DNA from: a virus
Lineage: Duplodnaviria > Caudoviricetes
Reading direction: 5' to 3' (one strand)
Virus record (IMG/VR): IMGVR_UViG_3300046804_004123
Location: 1 to 64,000 of that record
DNA length: 64,000 bases
Shown here: piece by piece, positions 53,873-62,684 of the stretch
Position numbering within the stretch: the stretch's first letter is position 1
How the letters are laid out: each line of letters opens with the position of its first letter
Translations under genes and position numbers: made by a program
Notes under the pieces: generated by a model
Told to the model about the DNA's origin: nothing
What the model saw: only the letters and a program-made list of their open reading frames with translations
The model's database searches: none

Positions 53873-54739
53873 ATGGCAGAAGAAACAGACCAATTAAGAT
53901 ATCCTGCAGATTTTACAATTGAAAAACAGACTGATTATTTTGAAATTCAAGTTAAATCATATTCCAGAAAAGAAGGTGAGTTTATTAATAGTGCTTTAAT
54001 TGGAGAGATAAAAAAAACAATTTATTTACCTATGCCATCCAACATTCAAGATGCGAATGCTGTTGGTTGGGGTGAAGAAAAAATGAATAACATAACCGCA
54101 GGAGCATTAAAAGCTATTGAAGGTGCAATGGGAATTAATGTATTTGATTTACCAACCAGTGTTGAACAAGCAAAAGATAAAATAAACAAAGCAATAACAG
54201 ATTCTGGAATAACTGGACAAGATGCATCAAAATTATTTAATAGGTCTCTTGCTGCAGAAGCAGTTAATATTTTTGGTGCAAATGTGAGTGTTGATCAAAT
54301 ATTAGCACGTCAATCTGGAAAAATATTTAATCCAAATTTGGAATTATTATTTAGCGGAGTAACTCTTCGTGATTTTAGATTTTCATTTAAAATGACTCCT
54401 AGAGATGAACAAGAATCTAAGAATATAAAAGAAATTATAAGAACTCTTAAAAAATATATGTCTGCAAATAGAGCAGGTAAAGAAAATCTTTATTTAAGCA
54501 CTCCATATGTTTTTCAACCAGTTTATAAAACTGGTAGTGAAAACCATAAATTTTTACACAGATTTAAACCATGTGCATTAAAAGGAGTGTCTGTTAATTA
54601 TACTGGAGAAAATGTTTATGCAACATACTATGATGGAACTCCAATATCACTAATAATGGATTTAAATTTCCAAGAACTACAACCGTTCTATAGTGATGAA
54701 TATGATAGTGGAGAAGGAGCATTAGGAGTAGGATACTAA
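53873..54739 (+). CDS. gp48: Baseplate tail-tube cap gp48
   Basis: IYLPMP, NPNLELLFSGVTLR.F.F.FK.TPR, FKPCAL..V.VNY, L.FQEL.P. Confidence 0.9.
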   Translation: MAEETDQLRYPADFTIEKQTDYFEIQVKSYSRKEGEFINSALIGEIKKTIYLPMPSNIQDANAVGWGEEKMNNITAGALKAIEGAMGINVFDLPTSVEQAKDKINKAITDSGITGQDASKLFNRSLAAEAVNIFGANVSVDQILARQSGKIFNPNLELLFSGVTLRDFRFSFKMTPRDEQESKNIKEIIRTLKKYMSANRAGKENLYLSTPYVFQPVYKTGSENHKFLHRFKPCALKGVSVNYTGENVYATYYDGTPISLIMDLNFQELQPFYSDEYDSGEGALGVGY

Positions 54740-54740
54740 G

Positions 54741-55442
54741 ATGGGATACTTTAGAGAACTACCAAATTTAGAATACCCTTCACCACTAGTTGATAGAAAT
54801 TCTTCTTTAGATTACGTTGAAGCTAAAAATCTTTTTAGAAGAGTTAGAGTAAGACCTGATTTTGAAAATGTTTATACTGCATTTGATAATTATACAATAT
54901 TAGAAGACACAAGGCCAGATCAAGTTGCAAACGAATTGTATGGTTCTCCAAATTTAGACTGGGTAGTTTTAATATCAGCAGATATTAAAAATATAAGGAA
55001 TGAATGGCCATTATCAAATAGGAATTTATATGATTATGCATATTCCATATATGGAGATAATATAAATTCTGTGAAATATTACGAAACAAAAGAAATAAAA
55101 GATTCTAAGGGAAGAATAATAGTACCTGCTGGACAAATAGTAAATCAAAACTACAAATTACCAACTCCAAAAATAGATACTCTTCCTACACAATCATATG
55201 TAACATATTATGACGAAGAAACAAATTCATACAAAACCATTTACAATATAGTTAATTCTGTTACAAATCTTGACTACGAAGTGCAAAAAAATGATGAGAA
55301 AAGAAAAATTTTAGTTCTTAGAAAAACATATTTGGAAATGTTCTTAAATGATATGAGAAGAGAAATGAAATACAAAAAGTCTTCTCAGTATATAAATGAA
55401 TATCTAATAAGAGGAGAAAATTTAAGAATTACATCACCATAA
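54741..55442 (+). CDS. gp53: Baseplate wedge subunit gp53
   Basis: YFRELP, KNLFRR, RPDQVA.ELYG...LDWVVL...EWP. Confidence 0.9.
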   Translation: MGYFRELPNLEYPSPLVDRNSSLDYVEAKNLFRRVRVRPDFENVYTAFDNYTILEDTRPDQVANELYGSPNLDWVVLISADIKNIRNEWPLSNRNLYDYAYSIYGDNINSVKYYETKEIKDSKGRIIVPAGQIVNQNYKLPTPKIDTLPTQSYVTYYDEETNSYKTIYNIVNSVTNLDYEVQKNDEKRKILVLRKTYLEMFLNDMRREMKYKKSSQYINEYLIRGENLRITSP

Positions 55443-56021
55443 GAGTTCTAAGTTTTTATCAAACATCATCACATATCGGTGTTTGCGGGAGCGTTCTTTC
55501 CATTCTCCTGCAGCACCTTTAATTTTGCCTCTAGAGTGTTTAGTTCCGTCTGCATAGTAGAAATCTTTCTTTGGGTCTGTGAGTCCGCAATATTTAAAAT
55601 TACAAGCACGATAGATTGTACCATTATGAAAATCACTATCAGCGTAAGAGATGATTGCTTTAACTTCAGTATCCTTCCGTAACTGTCTAATCGATCTTGA
55701 AACAAACCAAGAAGTGATATTATGCTCGCCAGATTGGGTGTCTGGGTGAATGCAGAGCCGCGAAAGTTCAAATAATCCTTGCTGTTCATTTCTTTCTAAA
55801 CCAAAGGCACCCTTTGCGATTTCGGGGACTGGCAGTCCAGTAAAAATACAAACTCCCAGAAGACCACCAACATTCAAAGGACTGAAATCATTCTTCTTAA
55901 AAAGACCGTAATTATAACCAGATTTAAATCCTTTTGAAAAATCTTTGAGATAGTGGTATTCTAGGAGTAGTTCTTCTGCCTGTTTTTTGGAAATCCTTTC
56001 AATATAATAATCAGATTTCAT
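55434..56021 (-). CDS. Mom-like GNAT-fold adenine modification protein
   Basis: HYL, ELSRL, IISYAD...H.GTIY.A.NF.Y.G, terminal KHRY: the Mu Mom family pattern. Confidence 0.75.
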   Translation of the reverse strand: MKSDYYIERISKKQAEELLLEYHYLKDFSKGFKSGYNYGLFKKNDFSPLNVGGLLGVCIFTGLPVPEIAKGAFGLERNEQQGLFELSRLCIHPDTQSGEHNITSWFVSRSIRQLRKDTEVKAIISYADSDFHNGTIYRACNFKYCGLTDPKKDFYYADGTKHSRGKIKGAAGEWKERSRKHRYVMMFDKNLELLW

Positions 56022-56022
56022 T

Positions 56023-56045
56023 AAAAAAGGGGGATTTCTCCCCCC
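56023..56045 (-). terminator. Intrinsic terminator after gp32
   Basis: GGGGGA-GAAA-TCCCCC followed by TTTTTT. Confidence 0.8.
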
Positions 56046-56059
56046 ATTATAGCACCTAA

Positions 56060-56989
56060 TCAGTCTTCTGCCAAGCGGGCGAAGTAGGAAAGGGCATCAT
56101 CGTCTTCATCCTCTTCCGCAGGTGCAGCAGCACGGCGGGTAGGTTGAAGGTTGTTGATTTCTGAACGAAGATCTTCAGTCAGTTCGCGGGTAGAACCACG
56201 AGTGTTATCTTCTTCTTCAAACTCTTCAGGATCTTGATAACGAGGAGTACCTTTAGTACCAAGAACATATTCAAGACGCTTCTTCAGTTCATCATAAGAT
56301 TTGAACTGGTCGGCAGCAGTCAGTTCGGCAAGAGAATACTGCTTTTTCCACACTTCTTCCATTGCATCATCATCATCTAGAAGAGCACCCTGTTTACCAA
56401 ACTCGCTGGAGTCATAGTTGCGATATCCAGCAACATTCTTTGCCTTCAGTTTAAAGTTAGCACCTTGCCAGAAGTCAAACGGATCAATTGCTTCCTCATC
56501 TTCAAATTCAGGTTGCATTGCTTCGGTAATTTTATCAAAGATTTTCTTACCGTATTTGAAGAGGAAAACTTTACCTTCGTTTTCAGGATTAGCAGGATCC
56601 TTGACAACGTAGATGTTAGAAATATAAGTCAGTTTACGCTTTTGCTTACGTGCCTGTTCTTTTCCAGCATCAGTGCCGTTGTTCCACAGCAAAGTATTGT
56701 GCTCGGAAACAGGATCTTTTTGCCCCAGAGTGGTGAGAGAATTTTCAATATACCAACCACCAGTGCCTTGGAATGCGTGACTGTAGAGTTTTACGAACGG
56801 AAGGTCTTCACCGTTAGGTGCAGGAAGGAAACGGATCACGGCATAACCATTGCCGCTTTTATCTACATCCAGTTTCCACACACGGTCATCACTAGAACCG
56901 CTACTAGTATTCATTTTTTCAACTTCTTTCACCAGTTTAGCGGTGAGAGAACCCAGTTTGGATTGTTTCTTAAGATCTGCGAAAGACAT
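56060..56989 (-). CDS. gp32: Single-stranded DNA-binding protein gp32
   Basis: GNGYAVIRFLP, WYIENSLTTLG, YGKKIFDKI, NYDSSEF, acidic tail. Confidence 0.97.
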   Translation of the reverse strand: MSFADLKKQSKLGSLTAKLVKEVEKMNTSSGSSDDRVWKLDVDKSGNGYAVIRFLPAPNGEDLPFVKLYSHAFQGTGGWYIENSLTTLGQKDPVSEHNTLLWNNGTDAGKEQARKQKRKLTYISNIYVVKDPANPENEGKVFLFKYGKKIFDKITEAMQPEFEDEEAIDPFDFWQGANFKLKAKNVAGYRNYDSSEFGKQGALLDDDDAMEEVWKKQYSLAELTAADQFKSYDELKKRLEYVLGTKGTPRYQDPEEFEEEDNTRGSTRELTEDLRSEINNLQPTRRAAAPAEEDEDDDALSYFARLAED

Positions 56990-57031
56990 TAGATTACCTC
57001 GGATTAATTGGATTTGGAGGATTACTTTGAT

Positions 57032-57060
57032 AGTATAACAGGGTTTCCTTCAGGCGTCAA
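57032..57060 (-). promoter_or_regulatory. Sigma70-type promoter of gp32
   Basis: TTGACG-N17-TATACT. Confidence 0.7.
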
Positions 57061-57388
57061 GGTATTGCTTGAGGGATTCAATTGTTTTGTTCATACTACT
57101 GAACAATAAATTCATATCAGTTTCTGGTGGAAATCCCATCAGAGCAACTGATTTTCTCAAATTCTCTTTCATTTCAACTGCTTGTGGATCATCGGAAAGA
57201 GACAAACGTGTATACATTACACGTTGCTTTTCAAGAAGTTCCGTAAGCTTTTCAATATGTTCCAGTTTATCTTCACGAGTCATCATTCCGAAAGTAAGAA
57301 TACTTCCGTAAATTTTTTCTTGTAATTTGTTGATTTCTCTCAATTCTTCCTGAATAATATCAGAATCAAAAAAACTACTCATCAACAA
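57050..57388 (-). CDS. DUF1825-like protein (start likely ATG 57382)
   Basis: FFDS.IIQEE...EHIEKL.EL.EKQR.MY.RL.LSDDP.A. Confidence 0.75.
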   Translation of the reverse strand: MLMSSFFDSDIIQEELREINKLQEKIYGSILTFGMMTREDKLEHIEKLTELLEKQRVMYTRLSLSDDPQAVEMKENLRKSVALMGFPPETDMNLLFSSMNKTIESLKQYLDA

Positions 57389-57965
57389 TTCTCCTCAAAA
57401 TTTTCTTAAACTGGAATACATCAATATTTAGGAATGGATTATATTTTTTAACTTTCAAACTTACGGTTTCCCACACTGGATCAAGCAGTTTCTTATCAAA
57501 ATCTTTTGAAAAAGAAAAGATTTTGTCGTAGATTACGAATGTTTCTAGTGATAATTTCCCGCTTAGAAATTTTTTGAGAACTAGTGGATGTCCTTTGGAA
57601 CAACTCAATACATCCTCTAATTTTGTTTCCGAGAACAATTCTTCCGATTGTTCTTTGAACAAGTAAGTCAAACTCTGCTGTCTCCGCATCCAATCTGCGT
57701 AAGTTCTTTCTCCAGAATTGATAATTTCGCCAATCCATAAGTTTGAAGGGTTATCTGCGGAAACAAAATTTGAAAGTAAAAAATCTATTACTTCTTTATC
57801 TGAATATTTACGACTGGTTTTCTCAAACCAATATTTATCTTTTCTTTTGTTAAATGATGTAATTGTTGCTCTTGACTTACCACCATACTTAAAAAAGTCA
57901 TATTTACTGTTAGTAAAATGACTTTTCATAGAAAGATAAGTTTGATATGTCTCAAAAGGACTCAT
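57375..57965 (-). CDS. gp59: Helicase loader gp59
   Basis: Y..YL.MK.HF...YDF.KY.GK...F.KRKD.Y.F.K; synteny with gp32 and gp33. Confidence 0.9.
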   Translation of the reverse strand: MSPFETYQTYLSMKSHFTNSKYDFFKYGGKSRATITSFNKRKDKYWFEKTSRKYSDKEVIDFLLSNFVSADNPSNLWIGEIINSGERTYADWMRRQQSLTYLFKEQSEELFSETKLEDVLSCSKGHPLVLKKFLSGKLSLETFVIYDKIFSFSKDFDKKLLDPVWETVSLKVKKYNPFLNIDVFQFKKILRRIVDE

Positions 57966-58222
57966 AGAGGAAGTTTAGCACGGGAAGTTTTTTTCATAAA
58001 ATTAAGACGAGTTGCGTCCCATTTTAACTTTTCTTTCAAAGGTTTTGAAATTATTTTAGTAATTGATTCTATTTCAATCTCATTAACTTCACAATAATGT
58101 ACAATAGCATCAATATAATTGATTTTTTCTATCGTCACTATTTTTTCAATTTCTAACGCAAATTTAGATGGTGTTAGAAATTTATTTTCTATTACCTTTT
58201 CTATTTCTTTATTTTGTTCCAT
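57962..58222 (-). CDS. gp33: Late transcription coactivator gp33
   Basis: F..EIE.IV...YIDAIVHYCE.NEIE.E...K.ISK.LKEK; start reassigned to the ATG of MEQNK. Confidence 0.9.
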   Translation of the reverse strand: MEQNKEIEKVIENKFLTPSKFALEIEKIVTIEKINYIDAIVHYCEVNEIEIESITKIISKPLKEKLKWDATRLNFMKKTSRAKLPL

Positions 58223-58895
58223 ACAGTTCCAGTTTATCTCTAACAAACTCTCTAATGTATTCGGTGAGTAGTTTGATGTACTTTGATTTGTCTCTTTCTT
58301 CATAAACAATGCATTCTCCATTTTCGCAAGCCATGATAATTACAAGTTTTTTTACGGGAATACCTGTGAGTTCATAGAACATACAAGCATAAGCAGCACA
58401 CTGAACAAAATAGTGCTCAATCCACTCCCGTGGTTTTGGTTTTTTAGATGTTTTAAAGTCGATTATTGCTAATTCGCCATCAAACTCTGCAATACAATCT
58501 ACAGTTCCCGCTACTCCAAGAATTTTGCTGTATAAGGAACTTTCAAGAGCATGAATATTATTTATACGATTTAAATCTGGTTTGGCAATTTTAAATAAAA
58601 ATTGTGACAAAGGTTGAACATCTGGAAGATCTTCATTCTTTAGAAGATGTTCAACTAAGGTATGCATATCAGTACCGCGACTGGTTGCCTGCCTAGTAAT
58701 TTTATCTGCTTCTTCTTCTCCAATTTTTTTACGCCAGTTTGCAAAGAACTGGCGATTTTTATGACTGGTGACAGAAGTAATAGAAACTAAACGAAGCAAT
58801 TCTTCTAAATCTGGAACCTTATAATATCTAACACCATCTATGGTCTCCCGTTCAAGTTTAGGGAGATCAACATCAATATGTTTAAAAGTAATCAT
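58209..58895 (-). CDS. PD-(D/E)xK exonuclease (cyanophage exonuclease A-like)
   Basis: SITSV, RGT.MH, AGTVDCIAE, IIDFKTS, YFVQ..AY. Confidence 0.9.
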   Translation of the reverse strand: MITFKHIDVDLPKLERETIDGVRYYKVPDLEELLRLVSITSVTSHKNRQFFANWRKKIGEEEADKITRQATSRGTDMHTLVEHLLKNEDLPDVQPLSQFLFKIAKPDLNRINNIHALESSLYSKILGVAGTVDCIAEFDGELAIIDFKTSKKPKPREWIEHYFVQCAAYACMFYELTGIPVKKLVIIMACENGECIVYEERDKSKYIKLLTEYIREFVRDKLELYGTK

Positions 58896-59701
58896 TTTTC
58901 AATAGCAAAAAAAACTTGGGTCAATCTATCTTCAAAATCGTTAACAAATGCTTCTGTAGCAGTGTGAAAATAAGTAGAATCGTAAATTACTAATCTGTTA
59001 TAAACGTTTTCAAAATTTTTAACTGGTTCAAATTCAGAATCAAAAATATTTTTATAATAAAGATATTTCTTAAGATGTTTTTCTTTTTTAAGAAATGTAT
59101 TATACATTTCTTGATATTCCCAAAATATATTATTTGATGATAAAAAAACATCCTCATTATATTTTTTAAATTTTAGATTAAAAAATAAAGAATAATTAAC
59201 TGGATTAAAAAATTTTATATCCTGTTCTGATGATTGTTTTAATTTAAAAATAGTTGTTCCAGAATTTGGGTTATGAACTTCTTTATTTAAATAAAGAACT
59301 CCAGCATAACATTTCCTATTTAAATTTTTAGACTTATACTGATAATTGTCAGTATGAATAAATCCAGTATTTAATTTAGAATATTTGCTTTTAGAAAATA
59401 ATGGTGTTTTATGAAATGATAACTCTCTAAAAATATAATTATCTGGATTAAATAAACTACACTTTTTTTTTAATACATTTAAAAAATTTATATAATATTT
59501 TTTATACATCACATATTCTTTTATATGTGGGCAACTTTTAAAAGTACGTTTATAATTAAATCCTTGAGTTCTTAAACCAGGATATCCTTCAGTTTTTGAT
59601 CTAAGATAAAAACAATTTTCAGACAAAGCAAAATTTCTAACATCATCGGGATCATCATAAAAATTATCTATGCAAACTGTATCATTGAACCTATACTTCA
59701 T
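58892..59701 (-). CDS. 2OG-Fe(II) oxygenase-like protein (DUF6445-like)
   Basis: IDNFYDDPD.VR, YPG.RT, IHTD, AGVLYL, SGT, NVYNRL.IYD..YFH, RLTQVFF. Confidence 0.75.
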   Translation of the reverse strand: MKYRFNDTVCIDNFYDDPDDVRNFALSENCFYLRSKTEGYPGLRTQGFNYKRTFKSCPHIKEYVMYKKYYINFLNVLKKKCSLFNPDNYIFRELSFHKTPLFSKSKYSKLNTGFIHTDNYQYKSKNLNRKCYAGVLYLNKEVHNPNSGTTIFKLKQSSEQDIKFFNPVNYSLFFNLKFKKYNEDVFLSSNNIFWEYQEMYNTFLKKEKHLKKYLYYKNIFDSEFEPVKNFENVYNRLVIYDSTYFHTATEAFVNDFEDRLTQVFFAIEK

Positions 59702-59707
59702 TATTAA

Positions 59708-60466
59708 TTAAAATCCAGAATCAATTTTTGCAATAATATATTCTTTAACTAATCCAGAACGAACAATATCGTCAACACCAAATTCTATGAGTTCAATAGA
59801 TGGCATAGATCTCAAAATTTTCATAAAATCAATAATTCCATTACGATCATTTGTTTTTTGAAGATCCGATTGTGTCGCATCTCCACAAAACATAATCTTG
59901 GAATTTTCACCAATACGTGTAATTATACTATCCAATTCATGAAAGGTCAAATTCTGAAACTCATCAACAATAACAATAGCATTATCCAAAGTTGTTCCGC
60001 GAAGAAAAGAAGTACTCCAGAATTTAATTGTTTCTTGTGATTTTAAATTACCATAAAGCATTTCAAAATCAGCATCTGTTGGCATTTGGAACATATATTT
60101 GACCATATTCTTATAAGGAATTTGGTAAATATCTGCCTTATCATCATGAGTTCCTGGAAGAAATCCAATTTCACGAGTTGCAACAAGAGAACGAACTAGA
60201 TAAATTTTTTCATAAGGACTACTTTCATCTAGAACATCACATAAAGCATTATAGAGAGTAATGAAAGTTTTGCCAGTTCCTGCACACCCATAAGCAACTA
60301 CATGTTTATTTTGGGCATAAGCATCAAAAAACTTCTTTTGATTATCGGTAACTGGTTCAATATCTAAAAGATATTCTGAACTTAAAGGCTTTCTCCGTTT
60401 CATCTGCTTTGCCGTGAGTCCAACCCCAATAGGTTGCTCTGCAGATCCTCTTTTTCTTCTTGCCAT
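59708..60466 (-). CDS. phoH: PhoH-like ATPase
   Basis: GCAGTGKTF, IGFLPG, FLRG.T, DEFQN, GD..QSD, DIVRSGLV. Confidence 0.97.
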   Translation of the reverse strand: MARRKRGSAEQPIGVGLTAKQMKRRKPLSSEYLLDIEPVTDNQKKFFDAYAQNKHVVAYGCAGTGKTFITLYNALCDVLDESSPYEKIYLVRSLVATREIGFLPGTHDDKADIYQIPYKNMVKYMFQMPTDADFEMLYGNLKSQETIKFWSTSFLRGTTLDNAIVIVDEFQNLTFHELDSIITRIGENSKIMFCGDATQSDLQKTNDRNGIIDFMKILRSMPSIELIEFGVDDIVRSGLVKEYIIAKIDSGF

Positions 60467-60467
60467 A

Positions 60468-60716
60468 CTAGATTTTCTTTACGTTTGATCCAGGCATTTT
60501 TGCAGCACGTCCTAAAACGTCGTTCCATCCTGGGTTTTTACTGATAAGTTTATTCTGCCAATCACCAACCTCCCCTGGTTGAGGGCAAGTTGATGGATCA
60601 GACCAATCACGAATCCAATCTGGATTATCTTTTCTCCACTGGTCCCAAACGTGGATACTCATTTCCACTTCTTTTTGTTCACCAGTTTTTGTATTCACTA
60701 CAGGATATGTTGGCAT
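60468..60716 (-). CDS. Conserved hypothetical (FmdB-like) protein
   Basis: MPTYPV.N..TGE..E...W...NPDW; located immediately upstream of phoH. Confidence 0.75.
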   Translation of the reverse strand: MPTYPVVNTKTGEQKEVEMSIHVWDQWRKDNPDWIRDWSDPSTCPQPGEVGDWQNKLISKNPGWNDVLGRAAKMPGSNVKKI

Positions 60717-60742
60717 AAAGTTACGAATTCAAGATAATTTAT

Positions 60743-61375
60743 TTAGACCCATTCAAGTGCTTCCGCAACTGTTGGAAATTGTTCGGAAAACACCTTCTTA
60801 CATTCCAGAGCAATGTCCATATGCTCTTTCTGTGTTCCATTTTTTTCACGAAGGTTGATATAATGAATCCAACTGCGGCAGGATCCAGTCATATAAATGC
60901 GTGTGGGCGTTGCTAGGGGCAATACAAACCTTGCACATTCCTTTGCTACCCCCTTATCAAGAAGTTCCTTGTAGAGTTCCATAGATGCCTGAAAATGATC
61001 ATTAATCTTCAACCAAAGATCCTGTTTCACATCTTTGGAAAAATCATCAATAGAATTCTGACGATTTTTGGTATCCTGACGGCGGAGATCGGGCACAGGA
61101 ATCTCACCCAATAGAGAAGAATCTGCATAACGTTGAGAAAACTCTTGGAACGTAAACGAACGGTGCCTCAAAATCTGTGCTGCAATCCCACGAGTCGTCT
61201 CAATCTCCAGAGTCATAGAACTTTGTTCAAACACAGACCAATGATTATGCTTAATACAATAAGCAAGCAACTTGGCATAGTTTTCGTTGTCTTGATTCGC
61301 AGGATTGCTAACTCGTGCAATAAACGCCATTGTTTTTTCTGCATCGGGGGTTACACTGATAAGTTTTACAGTCAT
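60743..61375 (-). CDS. thyX: Flavin-dependent thymidylate synthase
   Basis: H.SVFEQ, QILRHRSFTFQEFSQRY, E.AR.VLP. Confidence 0.97.
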   Translation of the reverse strand: MTVKLISVTPDAEKTMAFIARVSNPANQDNENYAKLLAYCIKHNHWSVFEQSSMTLEIETTRGIAAQILRHRSFTFQEFSQRYADSSLLGEIPVPDLRRQDTKNRQNSIDDFSKDVKQDLWLKINDHFQASMELYKELLDKGVAKECARFVLPLATPTRIYMTGSCRSWIHYINLREKNGTQKEHMDIALECKKVFSEQFPTVAEALEWV

Positions 61376-61542
61376 TTCTTTCCAAATCCTTTTGATGTTT
61401 GTGCTTCCAATTTTGCAAGTTCTTCTTTTAATACTCGCAATTCCTCTTTCATTTCTTTACGTCTTTCTTCAGAAAACAAATATCCTTCTTGTTTTAAAAG
61501 TCTTTCTAAAAGTTTTACTAGTTCTTTTGCTCTATTACTCAT
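61372..61542 (-). CDS. Small coiled-coil hypothetical protein (56 aa)
   Basis: Hand translation: MSNRAKELVKLLERLLKQEGYLFSEERRKEMKEELRVLKEELAKLEAQTSKGFGKK. ATGA coupling to thyX. Confidence 0.7.
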   Translation of the reverse strand: MSNRAKELVKLLERLLKQEGYLFSEERRKEMKEELRVLKEELAKLEAQTSKGFGKK

Positions 61543-61705
61543 CTAAATCAGAATCCTCAAATATTTCATCATAATCCAAAATTGGTTTTTTTCCAATCGG
61601 TTTCGTGGGAGTATAGGCAGAAACATCAGAATAAACTTCTGCCTTTAAAGAATCGACCAATAATTCAAGATTACGAACAATAAGTTTTAATTTTTCTTTA
61701 TCCAT
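61535..61705 (-). CDS. Small hypothetical protein (56 aa)
   Basis: Hand translation: MDKEKLKLIVRNLELLVDSLKAEVYSDVSAY...LDYDEIFEDSDLDE. Confidence 0.7.
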   Translation of the reverse strand: MDKEKLKLIVRNLELLVDSLKAEVYSDVSAYTPTKPIGKKPILDYDEIFEDSDLDE

Positions 61706-61711
61706 AAAATA

Positions 61712-62272
61712 TCAAATAGTTTCTGGAATTTTATATGACCAAACAGTTTGGTCATAGTCAACAATTGGATTTGGAATTAATTCATTTACTGCTTCCGTAA
61801 CACCATAGAAATTAGCATAATCATGTCCAGCAATAATTCCACCTGGTTTTACTTTAGGCATCCATGCTTGAATGTCTTTAATGACATCCCAATATTCATG
61901 TGAAGCATCAATATAAACAAAATCTATAGATCTATCTTTAAATTTAGAAGCTGCAGAAAGAGAAGAAACTTTTAAAGGAAAATAATATTTTTCCAACGGT
62001 TTCATGTTTTCCAAAAAAGTATCATATAAAGTTGTCAAACAATCCATTCCCTGATGATCTGGTCCACCTTGCCAAGTATCAACACAATAAAAATCAATAT
62101 CTTTTCCAGAATTAATGATTTCAACAATCATAAAAGAAGAAGATTTTCCTTTCCAAGAACCAACTTCAACAAATTTACTACCACTAGGAAAAGTTTCAAC
62201 TATACTTTTGTAAAAAGTGGAATAATTAAACCAATTTTCACCAAATTGTGGTTCAGTATAAATATGTTCCAT
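61712..62272 (-). CDS. Class I SAM-dependent methyltransferase (Methyltransf_24-like)
   Basis: VEVGSWKGKSS, VDTW, DFVYIDASH.Y, PGG.IAGHDY. Confidence 0.88.
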   Translation of the reverse strand: MEHIYTEPQFGENWFNYSTFYKSIVETFPSGSKFVEVGSWKGKSSSFMIVEIINSGKDIDFYCVDTWQGGPDHQGMDCLTTLYDTFLENMKPLEKYYFPLKVSSLSAASKFKDRSIDFVYIDASHEYWDVIKDIQAWMPKVKPGGIIAGHDYANFYGVTEAVNELIPNPIVDYDQTVWSYKIPETI

Positions 62273-62303
62273 AAAAAGTTATATACATAACACCATTTTA
62301 CAT

Positions 62304-62330
62304 AAAAAAAGGGGGGAAGTCAATCCCCCG
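62304..62330 (-). terminator. Intrinsic terminator overlapping a sigma70 promoter
   Basis: GGGGGA-TTGACT-TCCCCC-C-T7; TTGACT-N17-TAAAAT. Confidence 0.75.
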
Positions 62331-62336
62331 ATGTTA

Positions 62337-62438
62337 TCATGTAACTTGTGGTTGCTTTGCCATATTAATCTGGGCAAGATGAAGGAGTTTTTCTCTCCTT
62401 GCTTTTTGCTTCAGATAACGAACGAAGTAAGTATTCAT
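62337..62438 (-). CDS. Small basic peptide (33 aa)
   Basis: MNTYFVRYLKQKARREKLLHLAQINMAKQPQVT; GGAGG ribosome-binding site; ATGA coupling to the upstream gene. Confidence 0.65.
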   Translation of the reverse strand: MNTYFVRYLKQKARREKLLHLAQINMAKQPQVT

Positions 62439-62599
62439 TTTACACCTCCCTTGGATTTCTCCATGTGAAGTTTGTTACCACTTTCATCAACATAAAACAT
62501 TGTACCACGATATATTTCTACATGTGGTTCAATCTTAAATGTTTGATTTGGGCGATCTGTGGTGTCATATTCAACACCACGATATACGACTTTAGACAT
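62435..62599 (-). CDS. DUF4278-like small protein (54 aa)
   Basis: MSKVVYRGVEYDT...IYRG; TAAGGAG ribosome-binding site; directly downstream of a glutamine-type aptamer. Confidence 0.8.
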   Translation of the reverse strand: MSKVVYRGVEYDTTDRPNQTFKIEPHVEIYRGTMFYVDESGNKLHMEKSKGGVK

Positions 62600-62630
62600 T
62601 AGGTTTCTCCTTAATGGTTTAGGTTAAAGA

Positions 62631-62684
62631 GCGTTCCTTCAGTCGGCGTTTGCGTTCGCTATTTGAGAATAGCGAATGAACGAT
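62631..62684 (-). ncRNA. Glutamine riboswitch-like aptamer (glnA / Downstream-peptide class), copy 2
   Basis: ATCGTTCA-[TTCGCTATT ctca AATAGCGAA]-CGCAAACGCCGACTGAAGGAACGC; P1 CGTTC/GAACG. Confidence 0.75.

Noticed and set aside
56418-57038. Plus-strand ORFs over gp32
   Set aside because: They are antisense shadows of a conserved gene.
58223-58321. N-terminal extension of gp33 in the ORF track
   Set aside because: It overlaps the exonuclease gene; the ATG at 58222 gives the expected size.
58209-58895. Cas4-like nuclease as a CRISPR component
   Set aside because: It lacks a clear four-Cys cluster pattern and sits in the normal phoH-exonuclease-gp33 core context.
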